From Chlorokybus atmophyticus (Eukaryota > Plantae > Mesostigma and Chlorokybus algae), in NCBI GenBank assembly GCA_009103225.1, contig RHPI01003330.1, positions 524,730-588,729 of the forward strand: a stretch of 64,000 nucleotides of DNA, written 5' to 3'. The notes beneath the pieces are model-generated. The model was not told where the DNA came from, did not search any database, and saw nothing but the letters and a program-made list of their open reading frames with translations. The first letter of the stretch is position 1. Every line of letters begins with the position of its first letter. Shown one piece after another: positions 1 through 13,837 of this stretch. A program made the position numbers and the translations under genes.

Positions 1-3000
1 GGGGGGGGGGATGATGATTATGCCAGAGATCAGCATGCCTGATCTGAAGCGCACTCCTGGTAGCAGTCATAATGAGTAGGGCAGGCTTTCTCTTCGCCGA
101 GAGGGCACATTGGCTGCCCGCCATACGCATCACAGAAGACCATCCTGAGAACGCGTGAGAGTTGAACGTGAGCAGGTCATACATAGTGTACTCATCATCG
201 TGCAATAGTGTATGCGATTGATACGCACTTGTATCCGAGAAGCTGCATGCCAAGGAGCCCAAAGATGAACACGAACAGCATGACGAGGAGCGAAACGTAC
301 GCGACCGAGTTCAGCGACCTCACGATTGTGCCGAGTATCGACTGCAGCTGCTTCCATGACCTCACCTGCGCACGTGTGCGAAACATTGGGATAGAGAACA
401 TCTCTTGTGGATGACACACAAACAGTCACTCCCCCACTCACCAGTTTGAATACGCGGAAGATGCGAAGAGCCCGCAGTGCTGACAGCGCACTGCTCTTGG
501 AGCCTTGGGTCGCAAAGGACACGGCGATCTCGAGGACGGATGTCACGACGATGACGAAGTCAAACACGTTCATCCGCTATTGTATGTACCACATGTGAGT
601 CACAAACACACAAGGTATGATGGCGTATAGACGCTCACTCGCTTGTGCCACTTACGTTGGTGAAGTACTTGCGTGTGCCCGCTGCGGTCCATTGCAGCGC
701 GCACTCCACCGCGAAGCACACCGTGAGGAACCAGTTGATCTTCTCCAGAGCGTTGCTGTATGAGCAATCCATGGTTGGTATGGCAATGTTGTTGTCGCTG
801 TTGTTGTTCTGTGTGAGTACTGCAATACACACGTACTTGAGCCAGTCTGGCATGCCGTAGAAGTAGCTGGCCATGGCGATGGTGTTGAGGATGATGAGAG
901 CCATGATGAAGCGTCCGAACCACCGGGAACTGACCACCCGCGCACACCGCTCCGGCCACGTTGCACCCCCGGCCTTCTCACCCAATACCAATGGCCTGGA
1001 GACACACACACACACACACACAGTAGACAAGTGTCAGCAGTTGAAAGTAGGAATAGAGTTTGCATTGTGCCATGGCTGATAGATCCATTGTATCTCAACG
1101 CACCTTTTGAACGCTTTGTTCAGTTCCACCACCTCATCATCCACCTCCTCTTCCTCATCCTCCTCCTTCGGCGTCCTTCCCGCCTGATCCGCGGACGACG
1201 TGAACTGTGTGCATATGACCGCTAGCGCCAGGTTGATCGTGAAGAAGGTTCCCGTCACGATGAGCGCGACGAAGTACGGCCACGTCCACCAGGACGACGC
1301 ATCTTGAACCACGTACATGATGTCGCTCCAGCCCTCGGTCGTGATGGACTGGAAGATGGTCAACCAAGCCTTGAGGATGTTGTCGAAACCAGACACGCCG
1401 TAGTTGGGATTACCATTGAGGAAGCAAGTTAGTCCTGAAGGACACATGCGACCGCTACCACGTATCCCTTCTTCTGATGCGATGTAGTTGGGGATGCCAG
1501 GTCTACCGCATGATGCGTCCGGGTCGTCTGCGAGTTCACTAGCAACATAGGTTGTTGTGTTGTTGGGGGAGATGGACTGTTGCCCGCAAGCGTAGCGCAT
1601 CTGGCCTGCGAAGGTCTCGACGCCGGCGATGCCAAAGACGAAGTAGACGAAGCCGCAGAGGAGGACGACGTCGAAGAGCATGGGGAGGGACTTTAGCAAA
1701 GTTGCCACCAGCACACGCATGCCTGTTTGCGTGAAAGGAGAGTGGGTGAGTGTATGAGTGACTTAGTGAGTGGGGTGGTGAACAATCCATGAGCAGACCA
1801 ACATTGGGCGTGTGGATAAGTGGTGTGGTAAGCAAGCATGCGAGTGCCTTCTTAAAAGAGTGACTGTATGAGCCAATGATATATGGATCAATAGACAAAC
1901 GAGAGAAGTGCAATATGCACGAAGTATGTGGATGACAGTCAGGTTGTGTTTATGCACGTATCTGAGTTTGTATGTGATTGGTTACATTTACGTACGGATG
2001 TGTGTATGTGCATACCTTTAACCCGATTGATGGCTCGTAGCGGCCTCAGCACCCTCACCGTCCTCAGCGCCGTGAAGTTCCCCACCCCCGGCAGATACTG
2101 CGCCAGTCCCAACACCACGACGACAAAATCCAGCCCATTCCAGGGATCTCTCAAATACGTCCCCTTCCCAAACACGAACCCCATGGCGACGATCTTGACC
2201 ATCATCTCCGCGACGAAGAAGACGGTGAAGCCGATGTCAAAGCGTGCGAGGAGTATCCCGCGAGGCGAGGATGCGAAGCCGGGACGGCCGCCCTCGTGGA
2301 GAGCGAGGCAGAGGCAGTTGAGGGAGATGAAGAGGAGGACGAGACGGTCGAACCAGGGGGAGCGAAGGAGGAGGAGGGCGAGGAGACGGGGGGAGAGGGG
2401 GGGAGGGGGGGAGGAGGAGAGAGGTGTGACCTGTGTGGTGACGAGATTGGATGGTCAGAGTCTGCATTGATTGATGAAGATGAGGAGACTTCTGGTTGAG
2501 AGTGGTGCGATGCGTGCCGGCTGCTGTGGATAGTGTTTGCGCGCGTATTTGCGTGTATGTGCGCACACGGATACAAGCGCACACGTCCGCGTGTAAGCAT
2601 GTGTGAGCGTGTGTATGAGTGGGTGTGGGTGGATGGGTGCGCGCATAGGTGTGCGAGTGCAATGTCTGCATGTATGCAAGCGTGCAGTGCACTGCAGCTG
2701 CGCACACGCTACAACTGGCAAGATCACGCTTCGACCCTATCATAGCATTCAGTTCTCCTTCCATTTGTTAGCATGTACTCTCTTGGCTTCAGAAGCACAA
2801 GCTGATATTGGCTGTTACTATTACCCACTGATAATAAAGTACGCGTGCAGCATGTTTCACATCTGGCTCATTGAATGCTGCACTGCATGTGATACCCAAA
2901 AACAGAAAGTCACAGTTCAAACCTAGCCTACATATCAGGATGCATTGATGCCGCTTGTTAGGATTGTGTCTATCACTTCTGGCATGTGTTGCAGGTGACA

Positions 3001-3244
3001 TCCGAGAGTTGTTCATCTAGATGTCAACTACCCCGGTTGCAGAGCAAACCACTGCACCATATTAACAGTTCACGAGCAACTGCGTATTCATCAACGCTTT
3101 ATACAAATACATCTGGTCTTTTGACTCGTCACTCGCCTGCATATCCTCTCTTCCGCCTCCATCTTTGCCACCACCAACGGCAGCACCCTTTACGACGCCA
3201 GCCTTGACGTCAGAGTCAACCCCAACAGCTCCCGAGCCCGCCAT
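1..3244 (-). CDS. Four-domain voltage-gated Ca2+ channel alpha subunit, N-terminal part (domain I and start of domain II); continues off the left edge
   Basis: Exons encode S1 WFDRLVLLFISLNCLCLAL, YLRDPWNGLDFVVV, S4 LRTVRVLRPLRAIN, pore FQSITTEGWSDIMY (Glu filter), S6 FFTINLALAVI, and domain II WFGRFIMALIILNT, FDFVIVVTS, LRALRIFRVFKL. The first exon and start at 3244 are tentative. Confidence 0.9.
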
Positions 3245-3937
3245 TTATTTGTACTCATAGTGTCATCAAGATAACCAACAGCAACCTCTCCTCTCTCGCC
3301 GCCGCCGCCGCCGCCGCCGCCGCCATCCTCTCTGCTGCCACGTGGCGCAAGCGGCTTGACCTGTGCAAACCACCAAGGCACAAGCTGGTCACGTGATAGC
3401 CTCTCTAGTGCCCTGTACGCACAAGAAGTGCACTGCGCACAAGGCAATTTTCAAGGAGAAGGCAGAAAGCGCGGGAATCTGTGCAGTGGCGCCACGGTGG
3501 CACCCCGCAATCTCTCTGAAGCCACAAGCCACAAGCAAGCCGCAGATTCCGCGCACTTCCTGCATAGCCACAACTTTTCGGGGAAAACCCCGCTTCTTTT
3601 CATAAGTTTTGAACGCTCCGCAGAGAATATGAGCGAAACCACAAACAAAGCGACGCTCCAATGAAAGTCAGAAGTCCATCAAACGCGAATTGATAAAAAC
3701 ATCGGGACTCAGCTGAGCTCTCTACTTGCGGTCCAGGAGAAAAGTGCAGCAATCGACGGCAGCTGCTGCGCCAGGTGCGCTGAGCTGCGTTCTTCCGTTG
3801 GATTGACTGGAGCGACGGCTGAGATGGCGTGTGTTCCGCCGTGGCATCATCACCGGCAGGGGTGCTGTTGCTGTCGTTGGTGGCAGTGGTAGTGGTGGAG
3901 TTCGTGCTGGAGCTGGTGGAAGTTGGTCTGGGTGAGC

Positions 3938-6149
3938 ATGGCGGGTGTGGGTGCAGGAGCTGCGGCTGCCGCTGCAGCCGTGGCAGCTGCCGCCGCAGCT
4001 GCTGGCATGGGCCACGCTCGCCTGCCGGCAAGGAGGAGGCGGCGGAAGCCCTTATCGTCCAGTGTGTCCTGCTGCACAACAAGCCATCCAGCTGTCTCGT
4101 TGACACATGCTTCGCCAAATGACAACCTGGAGCAGTCCCGTCCAGTCCGCAGACGGGATGTCTTTGCCTTGGTCGCCGCCACTGCTGCTGCTGGCCTGGT
4201 GGTGGACATGGGCCTTGCTAGCGCTGCGCTCGCCGACCCGGTTGTTATCCGGCCGGAAACTGCCCCGAAAGGTCAGCCAGACAGTCTGTTAGAGACATGG
4301 CTGTCGTTAGTTAGCCAAGCTGTGCATGCCGCATTGCTTGCGCATGCTTGAAGCTCATGTTTAAGCTGCTTGCATGTACGTCTACCTCGCTGTTGACAAT
4401 GCACTAGGACGGGACAGTACACAGTTTGAAGTTGCAGTAGTTCTTGCAACGTAGTTCTAAACAGCATTAAGCTTAAACCCATCTTACGCGTGGTCAGGAG
4501 TCTTTGACGCGAAGGATCCTCAGTTGAGGGAAGCTGCAGCGCTGTTTCAAGAAGCTTTGGACGCTATGGATGTAAGCGATTGGACAGTCGCAAGTGGCAG
4601 GGTTGTCCGTTGACACTGGCTGGCAGGTGGAGGATGAGGAGAAGCTGTGGACGCTGTTGATAGATCGGTATAGCAACGTGGAGTCGGAGTGGGCGACGGA
4701 CATTGTGTCTCGCGCGTGGGGCAACAGAGGCAATGCACGGTCACGACAGGTGCGGTGAAGGAAGAGTGCTGAGCTGTGGGCGCTTCACGCACATTGGTGT
4801 GGTGCATGCTGCTCAGGTCCGCTAGCGTTGTATGCATGGTTGCACGTTGTTTGTGTCCCATTCATCACATAACGCCGAGGCAGAGGCCGGTGCATGCAAG
4901 GCACTGTGACCGCCTGTCGACATCAGATGTTGGAGGCGATGGGTTGTAGTACTCAACAGTTATACAGTGGTTGTCAAACTATGCTCAACGTTTGAAGTGT
5001 ATTTGTGAAGCCTACAAGCTGGTGCTGCAGGGGAAGCTGTTGGAGGCCTTGTCTGACTACAACAAGTCGATCGAGCTGACGCCGTATGCTGTGGATCCCG
5101 TTCTCAACCGTGGTGTAGTCTTGGAAGCGCTGGGGGAGTATGAGCAGGCAGTCGCCGATTATGAAGCAGTGCTCAAAGTGGCTCCAAATGATCCCGCAGC
5201 ATGTGAGCTCATGCACTGTGGTCACGACTGCTGACTCAACACTGAGTGTGCTGTAGATAGTTCCACTGCCATAATGTTGATTGTGAACATGTCTCACTGC
5301 CTATGTGAACGTTGTGCAGGGAACAATTTGGGGAATGCCAAGGTGCGCAAGTCAGCATTGTTGCTTGCTCATGTCACTCCATAGCAGCATGCGCATTTCA
5401 AGTGTGCACGCAGGCTGGGCTGGGTCAATGGGATGATGCTGTTACGGGGTATTCTAAAGCTGCACAGCTGGCGCCTGAGTTTGCTTTTGCTGCTGCCAAT
5501 CATGCGTTGGTAAGCACGCATGCATGTTTGACAGCATAGTCTGCTGATGCCCTGAGACTTGACACCTTGTTTGTCGGCAGGCCCTGTACCAAATTGGCAA
5601 GAAGGACGAGGCTTTCAGAATGTTTCGCAATATTTTAAGAAAATACCCTGAGGTAGGTAGTTGATAGAAGCAGTAAAGACACTGAGCTTTTGTTTCTGAC
5701 AATTATGCTCTCCTTTCCATATCCTAGTTCCCTGACATACGTGCTGCACTTGCGGCTGCGCTATACGCCGAGGGGAAAGGCGATGAAGCTGAAACCAACT
5801 GGCTACGTGTTGAGGTACTACCCAACAACAGTGACATATCAACTGCATTCTGTCTGTGTGGGCAGTTGGTTGCTCACTGTTGAGCTGTAGGCAGTTATAT
5901 ATGTTTGGCGAAACTGCCAGTTGTGGAGTGTTTGTTACTGCTTAAACAGTAGTGTATGCACACACGGCTTATGCTTCCCCTTCTGTTCAGGACTTGCGGT
6001 ATAAGGACCGGCAGTGGGTAGAGAAGACACGCCGGTGGCCTCCGCGCCTGGTAGCGGCGTTGGCATCCTTTCTAGATCTCACTCGCTTCAGCAGCAGTAA
6101 TACCCTGAAGGCTGAAGCGCCAGAACCTACCAGTCAGGCGACCAGTTAA
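3938..6149 (+). CDS. Chloroplast thylakoid-lumen TPR protein of a cyanobacterial-type family (multi-exon)
   Basis: Transit-like N-terminus, then twin-Arg signal RRRDVFALVAATAAAGL...AALA. TPR exons: AWGNRGNARSRQ, LSDYNKSIELTPYAVDPVLNRGVVLEALG, WNNLGNA, KAAQLAPEFAFAAANHAL, ILRKYPEFPDIRAALAAAL. C-terminal RYKDRQWVEKTRRWPP; TAA at 6149. Confidence 0.85.
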
Positions 6150-9100
6150 TGTCATGCAACTCTCGCCTGCAGAGCCACATGAGCAGCTCTTGCATTGTAG
6201 GCTTTGCACACAGCACGTTTAGTCTGTCGATTGGTTTCGACACACACTCTACTTGACACAAATTGCACGTCTCAGTCGTGGTCACCGTATGGAATTGTCC
6301 CAAGATGTGCTGCAGCAACTCATGTGCTGTGTGATTGAACATGAGGTAGTACATGTGAACGCGAAAGTCTGTGGTTGCATGATGCCAGGTTTGTTGGTAA
6401 CGCTGCAGACCTTGAAAGGGGCTTAGCACCATCAGTGCCAATAGTATGCACCTGCAGTGCATACAGCTGACCACGCTTCCGCATCCACTGGCAAGTTGTG
6501 TATTCTACAGGCAGTGTCAGTTCCTAACAGTACCTGACAGGTAATGCTGGAAAAGCAGTGCGCGTATATTGTGGAAAATAACCAGGGAAATTTTCCAATT
6601 AAGTGAGTCATAGCGTGCGTTTTCACATTGTAATACACATTCCGCATTGAAAAGCCACTAAGAGCCGCAGAGCATTTCATCTGCTGCAAAAAGATGGTAG
6701 CCAGTCATCACTAAGACTCAATACATGTATGTGGCTGTGTTTGCATGCTGGTTGGTATGCTATGCTGTTGTAACGTCATGCATGTCGCCAATTGTCTCGC
6801 GCATATCCTGTACATCACGTTGGTGGTAAGTTTGGTTGTTTCAACTACATCTGTGAATTGATAAATCATGGATAATAACAATGATTGGGCACTTAGCAAG
6901 TGAAAAGTGTTCATACCAAGGTCGGTAAAGTGTGTACAATGTGGATGTTTGCATATAATGCTTCATGCCTTAAGATAACTTATTATAAAGACACCAACGA
7001 CGCTGCATGCAGTCCCTACTGTTCGATGTTTGTCACGTACATTTATAAGCAACGTCTTGTAATCCATCCATCAGTCAATGTTTATAACTGTGTGTTCACT
7101 TGTGTATGTCATTGCCAATAGTCAACACTGCATTGACTGGCGACGATGAAGTTCACATAATTGCATGGCGCAACAACTGCTGCGATTCCTTGAAAGGTAA
7201 TGACTTGCACATTTGATACATGTTACGAGTACACATCTTAATCAATGATAATGCTCTCCTTGTATGCATTGATGTATACCATGTAGTCATGTGTTAAGCT
7301 CATTATCACATGGAGTAGTTATAATGACACATGAAATTATTTTCTTCATCATAAGCCAACAGTAGCTATAAAGTTGCGGCGAAGCAAACTCAAGAGTTGT
7401 AAAGGGGCACCAGTTCATGATATCGACAGCTTAGCCGACAGCTCAGCCAATGATGAAGCTATTTGGATGAATAACATGTCGACTGCCAGTGCTGATGATA
7501 AAACTTCTATTGTAATAAAGCAATTCTTTCAACTAGTTATTAATAGCAATGATTGATCAAGGTATCGTGCAACATAGTAAGTTACTGATATTATTTACTG
7601 CGTGATGTTTCCTTCGGTGCACTCATTGAAACCTTTAGTGCTGCAATTAAAAAAGACAGAGATCACTATATGAAGTTGTTGCAAAGCGGCAGAAGTTCTA
7701 CATATAATGAGCCAAGTATGTACTTGGAAAAAGCCCGTTGCAATGTTAAGATAAGAAACGACATCATTTGATAAAGGTACTTAGACTGTTGTGGAGGGGG
7801 AGGGGGGGCGGGGGAGAGGAGGGTTGCTTTCGAGTATACATGGTATGCCCCTTATTCATAAATGATTATAACAACCAACATTCCTGGATTGCATGCGTTC
7901 ACGTAAAATCGTGCTCTACCATGATTACGGAGGCGTTGGATTTGCGGCTTATTTGCGAACATATCACGAGGGTTTTATTCGTGCATCCTTAATACAATAT
8001 GAACAAATATTGAGCAATGTAATGAAACTTGATATAAGTTGCAAAACATTAAGTAATGAATCCTTATACACAAGGTGTTGTATAATCATAACATACGGCA
8101 ATGGGTACTCATGTACATTGCTTTACAACCACTTTGATTGAACATAAGTTAAGGCTTTACTTTTGATGAAGCACATCATAAATATGATATTAATTATGAC
8201 CTATATTGTACCAAGTCTGCAAATTTCTTAAACATATCTGTATACAATATTCATAAATAAGTGCAACTTTACAACACTCCAATAACAATTACATATGCAT
8301 AATACCTGCTTATCATGTGAGAATGTTTTACTGCATATGGTGTGCATGCGCAGTGTGATAATGTTATCACATTCAATATAATGTTATATTCAGTGTGATA
8401 TCACGTGTGTTGTGCATACGCAGTTTGACATTGTCATATTGCGTATGCACAACATGCATACCGCATTGCTACAATTGCATAAAAAACGATATTTTGAACG
8501 CATCTGCATCATGTCAAAGTAAATTATGGAAGCTCGTTGAGCAAAAATGGACACGCTGGTGTGATACAATTGAGTCAATAAACAACAAAGACACATGTTT
8601 GATTAGTATCAGGGTACCACCTAGACTTCTATTTTATAGATTAGTTTTACCTTATACAGGCAATTCTCAATTGCTTCTTATAAGGTAAAATGTTGAACCA
8701 TATGCAACCTTGCATAGCACTTTACTCTATACCCAATACAATGAATGGATCGACAAAAGTCATTACTTTAACGAGAGTAAATCATGTTGCATGCATACTA
8801 CACGTCGCATGTATGGCAAGTTAAGATATGTATTTCTTTTACAATAAATGTTGACCAAGTCGTCGTCGCCATGTTATTCTGGTGAAACAAGAACCTTTCG
8901 TTTCGCATGATTGTGCCCGCCATAAGTTCCATGAACACATGATAATGAATAAAGAGCTATGCACCGCAATTTGTCATCATTCAATTGTCATGTTCTACGC
9001 AAACTCACAGAACTTGCGACACGTTGATTTGATATGGCATGTGACATGGTATATATTGAACAACTTCGTGCTGATGATTTACAATATCAATGACATCAGC

Positions 9101-9533
9101 TACAACAGCATGTCATTGACCTGCTAACTTGCCTAACCTACACGCAATGCTTAACACACATGTCATATGCATTCTCTGACAGCATGCATGCCAAAGTAGA
9201 AGACAAGTCAGCTCTACTATGGTCGCAATTGCATGCAAGCACGTTATGATTGCAAACTTGGGCAAAACTTCTTCGCCGCCAACAACATATCAACGACCGC
9301 ACATTTCTGTAGAACAATCTAGGGTTGTTAAGCAAGGCATGGTCATATACACGACAGCATGGGGCTAATCAGCACACATCAATCACTCTCACCATCGCTG
9401 TCACGCCATGCTTCAGACTAGACATTTGAGAGTGCGTACAACAATTCTGGGTACAACCTTGATTGCACATAGAGCTGCTTGACTTGCTTGCAGCTGTATG
9501 GGACTGCTTGCAACTCCCATGCTTGATTCCCGG

Positions 9534-12500
9534 TCAGAATCCTTCTTGGGTGGCAGGCGTGGACTGGTGCACCCTTTTTCGCCTTTTGACCCTCTGTGAG
9601 GAGGGCTGCGACAAGTTTAGTTGAGACGGATTAAGCTGGGACTGTGACAAGAGTGGCGACTGCGATTGTGGTTGCAACGACGTCACTTGCAGCTCAAGCT
9701 GCTGGGTCAAGGACTGGCTACTCTCCAAATTGTTGCGCACACTTCTCCCTTGGGAACACAGAAGCGGCAGCCCTTTCGAAAGCAAGAACTCATTCTGCTT
9801 CTTCCTCCAGTCGTCCTCCAAGTCAAACATCTCTGTTGACAGCTCACCTGCTGACAGATGGCAGCAGGTGACTTCAGGTAAGATTGAGGACACAAACACC
9901 CATGTCCGCAGTTGCAGCTAAGTTGACCAACGATACTCCCTGCTAATCACTGTGCCAACAACACTGGTGAGTACAATTTTGCCGCTAACCCACCTTGCCG
10001 GATTGGTAAGGCCACTTCACTGAGGAAGGACCCCAGCTGCTGACTTTGAGTATTGGGTTTTTTAGGTACATACATGACACAATGCTCCTCAGGGACTGTA
10101 GCTTGTTGACTGAGTTCCGCCCCGGTTGCAGAGCTGGCACCTTGTTCATCATTGTTGCCTCGAGTCGTACTGAACTGGCGCTTCACTGACCTGATGATGT
10201 CCGAGTGCTCGCCAAGCGCAGTTTCTACTGCTTGCATGATGTTGGCATGCGTAGAGGGGAATGCTGTGCTGCCCGCAGGGTCTCTGCCCAAGAGACGCAA
10301 GTAGTGTGAGGTGCAATGCACAATATTGGCCTCAAACAATCACTTTGCGAGTACACTAACCGGTCACGAATGGAACTGGTAGTCAACCGCCAGAGCGCAC
10401 CCAATGGTAGTGCAGGCGACGCCTGGGCTTCAGCTTGTGCTGGATCACGCTCCATCTCCACAGGGACAGATCTGTCCATATCTGGAAAGCATAAGTGTGT
10501 CACTCAATACCGGACAGCAAAGCAAGCACTGGCACATATTACCTTGTGCACCTACACTGGGCAACCGGTCTTCTGCAGCAGCAAAGCCAGTTCCAGATTC
10601 AGCACACACACTTTGCAGCTCAGGGGGAACCGGTTGCAACCCAGCACTGCAAACTTCCAACGCAATGTCATGGCTGCGCTTATCAAGGGCAACACTGGAT
10701 CTTCAGAGGACAAACAACAGACTATTTCCCTGCTCTGCTAGTTGTGTAATTTATGAACAGTGAAGAGCAGGATACAGTGACTGCGTTGCAGTCATCTTGT
10801 GTGTGACTATGTCCACAGCTGCCGTCACATCCGGTCTCGGGACCTCCTGATGAGCCCAGGTACCCAACAGGGAGTCATCATCATAGGGGAAGTTGCCAGT
10901 TCTGACATCTGAAACATGGCGGGAACTTAGCAAGTGACTAACCAGTGTGAGCAGATGACGTAAGCAACCACACATGCTTACAGTGTTGCAGCACAGGGAA
11001 GTCAGCTGTCATGGAGTTCAGCCGTTCTGCTGCTTTCTGTTGGGTTACTCCGGACCCTTGTAAGGATGCATCTGTCACAGAGACACCCTCAAAGCCCTTC
11101 GGAAGCGCCTCCAAGGCTGCCGCCAGGTCAACATCCCCATCCCTTTCATTCAAGGCAACTTTGCCATCTGTTGAATACGTCATGCCAAGCAGGTCTCCTG
11201 AGGCCATCAGCCGTAAAATGACAGCTTGGCTTCGATTATCAGCAAGGCTTGAAAATATGCCGCTGGTGCGGCGTTGATTTTCAGAGGATGGCAACTGAAG
11301 CGCAGATGCTGTGCCAACCGCAACATGAGCGCTCTCAGAAAAGAAACTGTCAGCGACAGCAGCAGGGTAGACTGCTGATGCCCGCGCGTGCTGTACACTG
11401 ATTGCGTTGCCGTCATCAGCGAAGCTGGCTGCAAGTATCATCCCGGTGCTGCCATGTGAATGCGTGTGCATGCGCAAACAGTCTGGAGGCGCACCAATCA
11501 TGTTGTGACCCCACTGTTTGAGTAACACAATCAGACCTTTGCACCAGCAACATATTAGTTGATAACCATCACGATTTTTGAAGCAGCAGCCGTACCTGCA
11601 ACACAGGGTGGCCAGGCCGCCGCGAGTCTAGTAAAAGAAGGTGCTTGCGAGCTGCTGCTGTAAATAGGTACGACTGGTCTTCAGCTGGTGACACAGCAAA
11701 TGCAGACAGGCGATCAAAGGTGCGCGCGCCTCTTCCATGGGTGTCTGAGTGCATATCTAAGAGAGATGCTGCAGGGCAACGAGATGTTGCCTTCGTGCGC
11801 ATATCTATAGTAAACACCCTCTGCTCATTGGCTGCCAACAGCACGCGTGGGTGCGAGCTGAATTCGCAGCACCAGAAACTACGCCATGCCTGCCACTCAG
11901 GTGGGTCAGGCAAGAAGCTGGGCTTTGCGAACTGCTGATCGTACTCCAATTTCTGTAGCCCGCTGTTTGGGCCCACCGCAAGATCCAGTCTGTGCAATCC
12001 GCCATCTTCGGTCATGAAACATGCCTCACCAGCCCAATGCGGATTCCACGTGATCTGCATTGGATCGTCCTGTTTGTTGTGGCCCAACTGCAAAATACTT
12101 CCAGCCAGTGGAAGAAGCACATTGTTTGATAAGCAAGGTGCTGCTCTTCTGAACTTACATGAGCTGGTGTAAGAGGGAGCTTAACTGAAGCTACCTCACC
12201 CAACTCCGGGAGCGTTTCAGCATCCTGACTGAGCGTGGCACCCTTATAAACAGTGATGGAGTAAGCTGTGCGAGCTGCAAGCAGTAATGGCGTCTGAGGG
12301 AAAGAGCCAGCAAGACTCATCTGTGCAACAAAAACACTGTTGAGTTGACAACATCTTCATATCCTGTGATCGCGCTGGCAGCACAGCAGCTTATACCTGT
12401 TGTACTGGCAGTATGGTCTGTGGCAATGCTGCTGCGTCATTGACCAAGGTCAGCACTATCGGCTGGTGCGGGTCAGCAGCATCGGCGATAGCGCTGGCAA

Positions 12501-13381
12501 CAACATTGCCGTTTTCTCCGGCTGGAAACCACAGTGCGAACTTGTTGTCCGCCAACTGCGAGAAAATACCTGTGGATGTATACTGCAGAGTGCAGAGTTT
12601 CGACTGTGTGCTATGCTGCAGCAGCTGATTTGCTAATCACACCTGTCGTCCTGCCAGGCAATTGCCTGCATGCGGCTCGCCGTGCAACCGGCGTTGCCAG
12701 GCGTCAGCCTTGTCTTGGATGAGGCACTCGCGCAAGATGTCTCCATCTACTCCAGCGTCTGGATGAGAGGCGTTGAAGTATTTCACTTGCTCCCGCAGCT
12801 GCTAACCGAGCATGTGACCAGGCTACTGAACTCAGCTGACACTACGCTACTTGTCATCTGTTTGCACAAATGCACCTGTGCTGTGTATACGTTACCTTGG
12901 GAGGCACTTCTGGAAGCGTCGTCAGGCCATCAAGCAACTGCACAGGCGGTTGCTGGGAACGCAGCTGGTACAATGGCAATTCTGCGAAGCGACATTGTCC
13001 ATTACTTCACAAACGTTAAAGTAGCATGCAAGAGAAGTAAGCTGTGCATGCAAAAGTTTTGAACAAAGCTTGCACTTGCCATCTAGCCGTCGCAGCTGAA
13101 GCCTCTTGTCCCGTGACAGAGGGCAAGATTGGAACAGCGTGCATGTGACCAGAAGTACGCTTTTTGACTTGTGAAGCAGCATGTGCAACAACTAAGCCAT
13201 CATATGAATTTAATCATCCCTAGACCAGGCAATTGCTTGTCTCCAACTTGCCTGAGTCGTGGGCGAGTTGGCGTGCTGTGCGAGGCAACGGGACAGCCTC
13301 AGGCCCAGCAAAGACAGCGCCGGCGGTGTGACCCCACGACACGGTACCCAAAGGATCGCAGGCGCCTCTGCCAGGCCACAT
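9534..13381 (-). CDS. TAF1C: TAF1C-like RNA polymerase I TBP-associated factor subunit C (multi-exon)
   Basis: Exon 11569-12120 has WNPHWAGEACFMTEDGGLHRLDL, WCCEFSSHPRVLL and LLLLDSRRPGHPVLQ, as in plant TAF1C-like proteins. The last exon has a Q/S-rich tract, a basic KRRKR cluster and ends EGF*. Start codon is uncertain. Confidence 0.65.
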
Positions 13382-13837
13382 CCACAACACGCAGACCCTC
13401 CCTCCACCCTCCTCCACCTCGCCGCCAATGCCACCGCCAGCAACACTGGTACCGATGGTTTGGTTTACAAACAAAGTTTAGCCGATCCGTTTCCGATGAA
13501 AGGGTTCCCGTTCACTTTACACCTGCTGATCACGATCGCAAATCTGCACCCAAACTTCGCCTGCAGGCGGTACTCCGCCAGTGCGAGACAGCCAAACAAG
13601 AGTGCGGCTGTACGCGACGCAGCCGTTTGCACAGCCTACATCAGCCGGCGCAAGCGCTTTCAGCAGGCGGATCCGGGATCAACATCAACTGTCAGCTTTC
13701 AGAGTATCTGTCAGTGAGTGCGTTTTTGCGTGGCATTTTGCAAGCTACAGTTCAGTAAGCGGCGGCGCTGTAGTCGTTGTGGTCGTCGTGCTCGTGGTTG
13801 TGCGCTTCGCTTGACCTCTTTTTTCCCTTCTTTCAAC

